A stretch of 44,059 nt of DNA from an uncultured Candidatus Saccharibacteria bacterium (GTDB lineage Bacteria > Patescibacteriota > Doudnabacteria > UBA920): assembly GCA_964650345.1 (NCBI GenBank), contig CAZYSI010000002.1:1-44059 (forward strand). Reading direction: 5' to 3'. The translations under genes and the position numbers were made by a program. Position 1 is the first letter of the stretch; each line of letters begins with the position of its first letter. A model generated the notes under the pieces. The model worked only from the letters and a program-made list of their open reading frames with translations, was not told the DNA's origin and ran no database searches. Below, piece after piece: positions 41,260-44,059 of this stretch.

Positions 41260-42558
41260 ATGTCTGAATTAGAACTAAAACCAAATATAGAGAAAACCTC
41301 GCTGTCGAATTTGCAAGAGCAGCTAGATGCCTTAAAGTCTCAGCATGATCAGGAGAAGGGCCGAGAGAATGAGCGATACAAAGATCTGGTGCAAATGGCT
41401 GTAGAAATGGCTGGTGGGAACGTAAAATTGGCTCAAGCTACGGATCGCTCCTATCTTACATTTCCAAGTCTACCTGATGCGCATCGAAAATCCCTTTATG
41501 AATTTGAGATAAATCGCAAGCAGGAAATTGAGGATCGAACTTTAGATCTAAAGGCTAAGACGGAAAAGTTGGAGTCTGTAAAAAGTAATTTCCAGAGTTT
41601 GCAGGAGGCCGGAGCGCTTACTGAGGAGCAGTTACATCAATTCGAAGCTCAGATCCAGGAGGAAGAAGCAATTTTGGCTGGGGAGTCGGAAGCCATTAAA
41701 ACTTTGGGTAGCACTTTGAAAGATGATTATAATGATTTAGCTGAAAAGTTTCGAAAAATTGAAACCAAGCAAGACAACATAGCTGCTAATCCAGGTGAAT
41801 TTGCGATTGAAACGGTTTTGGAAATGAATAAAGACGATATGACAGAAGAACAGATTGCATCATTTAAAGCCGATGTAGAGCAGGTTTTAAAAGAGCAGCA
41901 AAACGAAGCTTGGGCAACGAAGCAGTTGGAAGAGAAAATGGAATTTCTTAAATTCGAAGAAGGTGTGGTCGAAGAGTTCGCCCAGCGCCTTTCTGCAATT
42001 AAAGCAAAGATTGAGGCGCATATGCCTGCTTTTGCGACTATTTCTCCGGACGTAAAAGTGCAGCTGGCGCCAGAGCTTAAAAGCCGGTTACAAGAACATC
42101 AAAAACAAATTGAGAAATTGCTTGGCAGTCTCTATATGACTAGCGGTAAAGCTAAAGATACAGAACAGCTTATAAGAGAGTTGAGGGCAATGTATGATCT
42201 TTATCGGGACCAATATTATGAAATTCATAACACTCTCATTAACTTTTTAAACGATGCTTCACATCAAGACCAAAATAAAGACGGCCAAGTTATGGGATTA
42301 GGGAGGGTAACATTAAGAGAAATTGGTGAAAGTGATAACAGTCTAACCTGGGTTAAACAGCCTAATTTACAAAATAAAGTTAGTGAGCTGAATGATCAAG
42401 CCAGAATTGTTCAAATGCGGGCAAAGGTATTGTCTAAGGAAATTAATTCCTATTGCAAAAAAACTCAAGAAGCAATGGAGGAATTTCGTAAGCAATTAGA
42501 AGGGTTGTGTGACTCTAAAATTAGAGAATACGCAGCTAAGTTAAACCAGCGCAGATAA
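41260..42558 (+). CDS. Hypothetical coiled-coil protein (432 aa) inserted between the two transketolase subunit genes
   Basis: Glu/Lys/Gln-rich helical sequence, no TM helix, no recognised motif. Same strand, with 14-nt and 28-nt gaps to its neighbours. Confidence 0.65.
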   Translation: MSELELKPNIEKTSLSNLQEQLDALKSQHDQEKGRENERYKDLVQMAVEMAGGNVKLAQATDRSYLTFPSLPDAHRKSLYEFEINRKQEIEDRTLDLKAKTEKLESVKSNFQSLQEAGALTEEQLHQFEAQIQEEEAILAGESEAIKTLGSTLKDDYNDLAEKFRKIETKQDNIAANPGEFAIETVLEMNKDDMTEEQIASFKADVEQVLKEQQNEAWATKQLEEKMEFLKFEEGVVEEFAQRLSAIKAKIEAHMPAFATISPDVKVQLAPELKSRLQEHQKQIEKLLGSLYMTSGKAKDTEQLIRELRAMYDLYRDQYYEIHNTLINFLNDASHQDQNKDGQVMGLGRVTLREIGESDNSLTWVKQPNLQNKVSELNDQARIVQMRAKVLSKEINSYCKKTQEAMEEFRKQLEGLCDSKIREYAAKLNQRR

Positions 42559-42586
42559 TTAACTTACTAATGTAAGTAGAAAATAA

Positions 42587-43579
42587 ATGCTAAACCCTCA
42601 AGCAAAACTTAATCCAAAGATCGGGCAAGCCGACATTGAAGCAGTCCCCAGCAGAAATGGTTTTGGGGAAGCGCTTTTGCAATTGGGCGAGCATCATAAG
42701 GAAGTAGTGGCTTTAACAGGCGATTTAGCAGAAAGTACCCGTGTTCTAGAGTTTGCGCAGAAGTACCCAGATCGTTTTGTTGAGTGTGGTGTGGCCGAAC
42801 AAAATATGATGGGCGTTGCAGCTGGAATGGCTTTGGCAGGTAAAACCCCTTTTGTATGCAGCTACGCTACTTTTAGTCCTGGACGAGCGTGGGATCAATT
42901 GCGTGTTTCTGTGGCGTACAGCAAGGCGAATGTAAAGGTTGCTGGTCACCACACTGGTCTTTCCGTAGGACCAGATGGCGCCACTCATCAAGCTTTAGAA
43001 GATATTGCTATTGTTCGTACATTACCTAACATGACAGTCTTAGTGCCGTGTGATTCAGTAGAAGCTCGTAAAACCACTCTCGCGCTTGGTGGTACAGCAG
43101 GGCCAGCCTACTTCCGACTAGGTCGGGAAAAAACTCCTGTAATTACCACTGAGGAAACTCCTTTTACAGTGGGTAAGGCGCAGGTACTAAAAGAAGGCAC
43201 AGATGTCGCTGTAATTGGCTGTGGTCCAATTCTCTACAGCGGTCTTCTCGCAGCGATGGAACTCGAAAAAGAAAATATTAATGTCTTAGTTATAAACAAC
43301 CATACAATCAAACCGATGGATACCGAAACAATTGTTTGGGCAGCAAAAATGACAGGCGCTGTAGTAACAATCGAAGAGCATCAGATTATGGGTGGTGCAG
43401 GCTCAGCCGTGGTTGAAGTATTAGCTCAAAGGCAACCAGTACCAGTAGAAATGGTTGGTATGCCAGACAGTTTTGGTGAAAGTGGCGACCCAGAGCAACT
43501 TCTTAGAAAATTTGGCATGGATAAGGACGCAATAAAAGCAGCTATTAAAAAAGTTCTAACTAGAAAGCAGAATCAATGA
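42587..43579 (+). CDS. tkt: Transketolase, C-terminal (pyrimidine-binding) subunit
   Basis: R..FGEAL..LG, FVECGVAEQNMMGVAAG.A, GPDGATHQALEDIAI.R.LPNM.V..P.D. Confidence 0.93.
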   Translation: MLNPQAKLNPKIGQADIEAVPSRNGFGEALLQLGEHHKEVVALTGDLAESTRVLEFAQKYPDRFVECGVAEQNMMGVAAGMALAGKTPFVCSYATFSPGRAWDQLRVSVAYSKANVKVAGHHTGLSVGPDGATHQALEDIAIVRTLPNMTVLVPCDSVEARKTTLALGGTAGPAYFRLGREKTPVITTEETPFTVGKAQVLKEGTDVAVIGCGPILYSGLLAAMELEKENINVLVINNHTIKPMDTETIVWAAKMTGAVVTIEEHQIMGGAGSAVVEVLAQRQPVPVEMVGMPDSFGESGDPEQLLRKFGMDKDAIKAAIKKVLTRKQNQ

Positions 43580-44059
43580 AAAAGCCTATGAAAAAAACTA
43601 CACAAAAAACTAAAGCCATTAAAACTAAATATGACCTCATTTCTATTGGCGACCCAACCATAGATACGTTTTTGTTAATTCACGATGTAGAGGTGAAGCG
43701 GATTAAGGGCGAGTTGAAAGCGCTTATTAGCTGGGGCGATAAATTACCAGTGGACGATTATTATCGAACAGTGGCTGGTAATGCAGCAAACAACGCTGTT
43801 GGTAGCGCACGACTTGGTTTAAAAACTGCGTATTATGCAATTTTTGCCCATGATGCCGGTGGGCGGGAAATTTTGCACAAAATGCGCAAAGAAAAAGTTT
43901 CTGACGAGTATTTGAAAATTAATGATAAACATCCGACTAACGCATCAACGGTGTTGAGCTACCAAGGGGAGCGGACAATTTTTGTTTATCATGAACATCG
44001 TCGTTACAAACTTCCTAAATTAGCGCCAGCGAAGTGGGTGTATTTGACTAGTATGGCGT
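43576..44059 (+). CDS. PfkB-family carbohydrate kinase, 3'-truncated by window edge
   Basis: Not in the ORF track because it has no stop. The ATG overlaps the tkt stop (ATGA). My translation: MKKPMKKTTQ...YDLISIGDPTIDTF...VAGNAANNAVGSARLGLKT...; DxxG(G/A)NxAN..A..LG is the PfkB N-terminal signature. Confidence 0.75.
   Translation, partial: MKKPMKKTTQKTKAIKTKYDLISIGDPTIDTFLLIHDVEVKRIKGELKALISWGDKLPVDDYYRTVAGNAANNAVGSARLGLKTAYYAIFAHDAGGREILHKMRKEKVSDEYLKINDKHPTNASTVLSYQGERTIFVYHEHRRYKLPKLAPAKWVYLTSMA

Noticed and set aside
1-44059. Scanned for CRISPR arrays, IS elements/transposases, integrases, reverse transcriptases (DGR or retron) and toxin-antitoxin pairs.
   Set aside because: I noticed no regularly spaced direct repeats. 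No ORF has DDE, tyrosine- or serine-recombinase, or YxDD reverse-transcriptase motifs. The putative islands therefore lack visible mobility genes. This was a scan by eye, so small or degenerate elements could be missed.

Overview
This 44 kb window reads as a chromosomal segment from a small-genome, Patescibacteria/CPR-like bacterium. That assignment is an inference from three things: no L30 gene between rpsE and rplO, r-proteins with low-complexity extensions, and almost no Shine-Dalgarno sites upstream of the presumed native genes. The genetic code is standard, since TGA is used as a stop. The window has three parts.

(1) 1-13180: the 3' part of tuf, an inserted stand-alone ORF, then a complete S10-spc ribosomal protein cluster (rpsJ through rplO) ending with secY.

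(2) 13181-33212: an accessory envelope/host-interface-like region that replaces the usual adk-map-infA-rpmJ-rpsM... continuation. It holds:
- a membrane-anchored FtsK/HerA/VirD4-like ATPase with acidic and coiled-coil partner ORFs;
- a self-contained two-gene cassette whose second protein carries a C-terminal PA-IL (LecA)-like lectin domain behind three TM helices;
- a PAP2_C-type lipid phosphotransferase overlapping a GT-C-like glycosyltransferase;
- a 1557-aa multi-TM giant protein;
- a G+C-rich secreted beta-rich protein, divergent from a membrane-anchored protein with lytic-transglycosylase-like and M15-peptidase-like motifs;
- an unknown protein coupled to a GtrA-like protein.

(3) 33213-44059: an aberrant tRNA-like element, dnaX, an unknown anchored protein, ruvX, a GalT-like HIT enzyme, tpiA, rpiB, a small antisense zinc-ribbon cassette, rpe, a split transketolase interrupted by a coiled-coil ORF, and the start of a PfkB-family kinase.

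I saw no rRNA, CRISPR array, transposase, integrase or reverse transcriptase. All functional calls rest on motifs recognised by eye in the supplied translations. No database search was possible.
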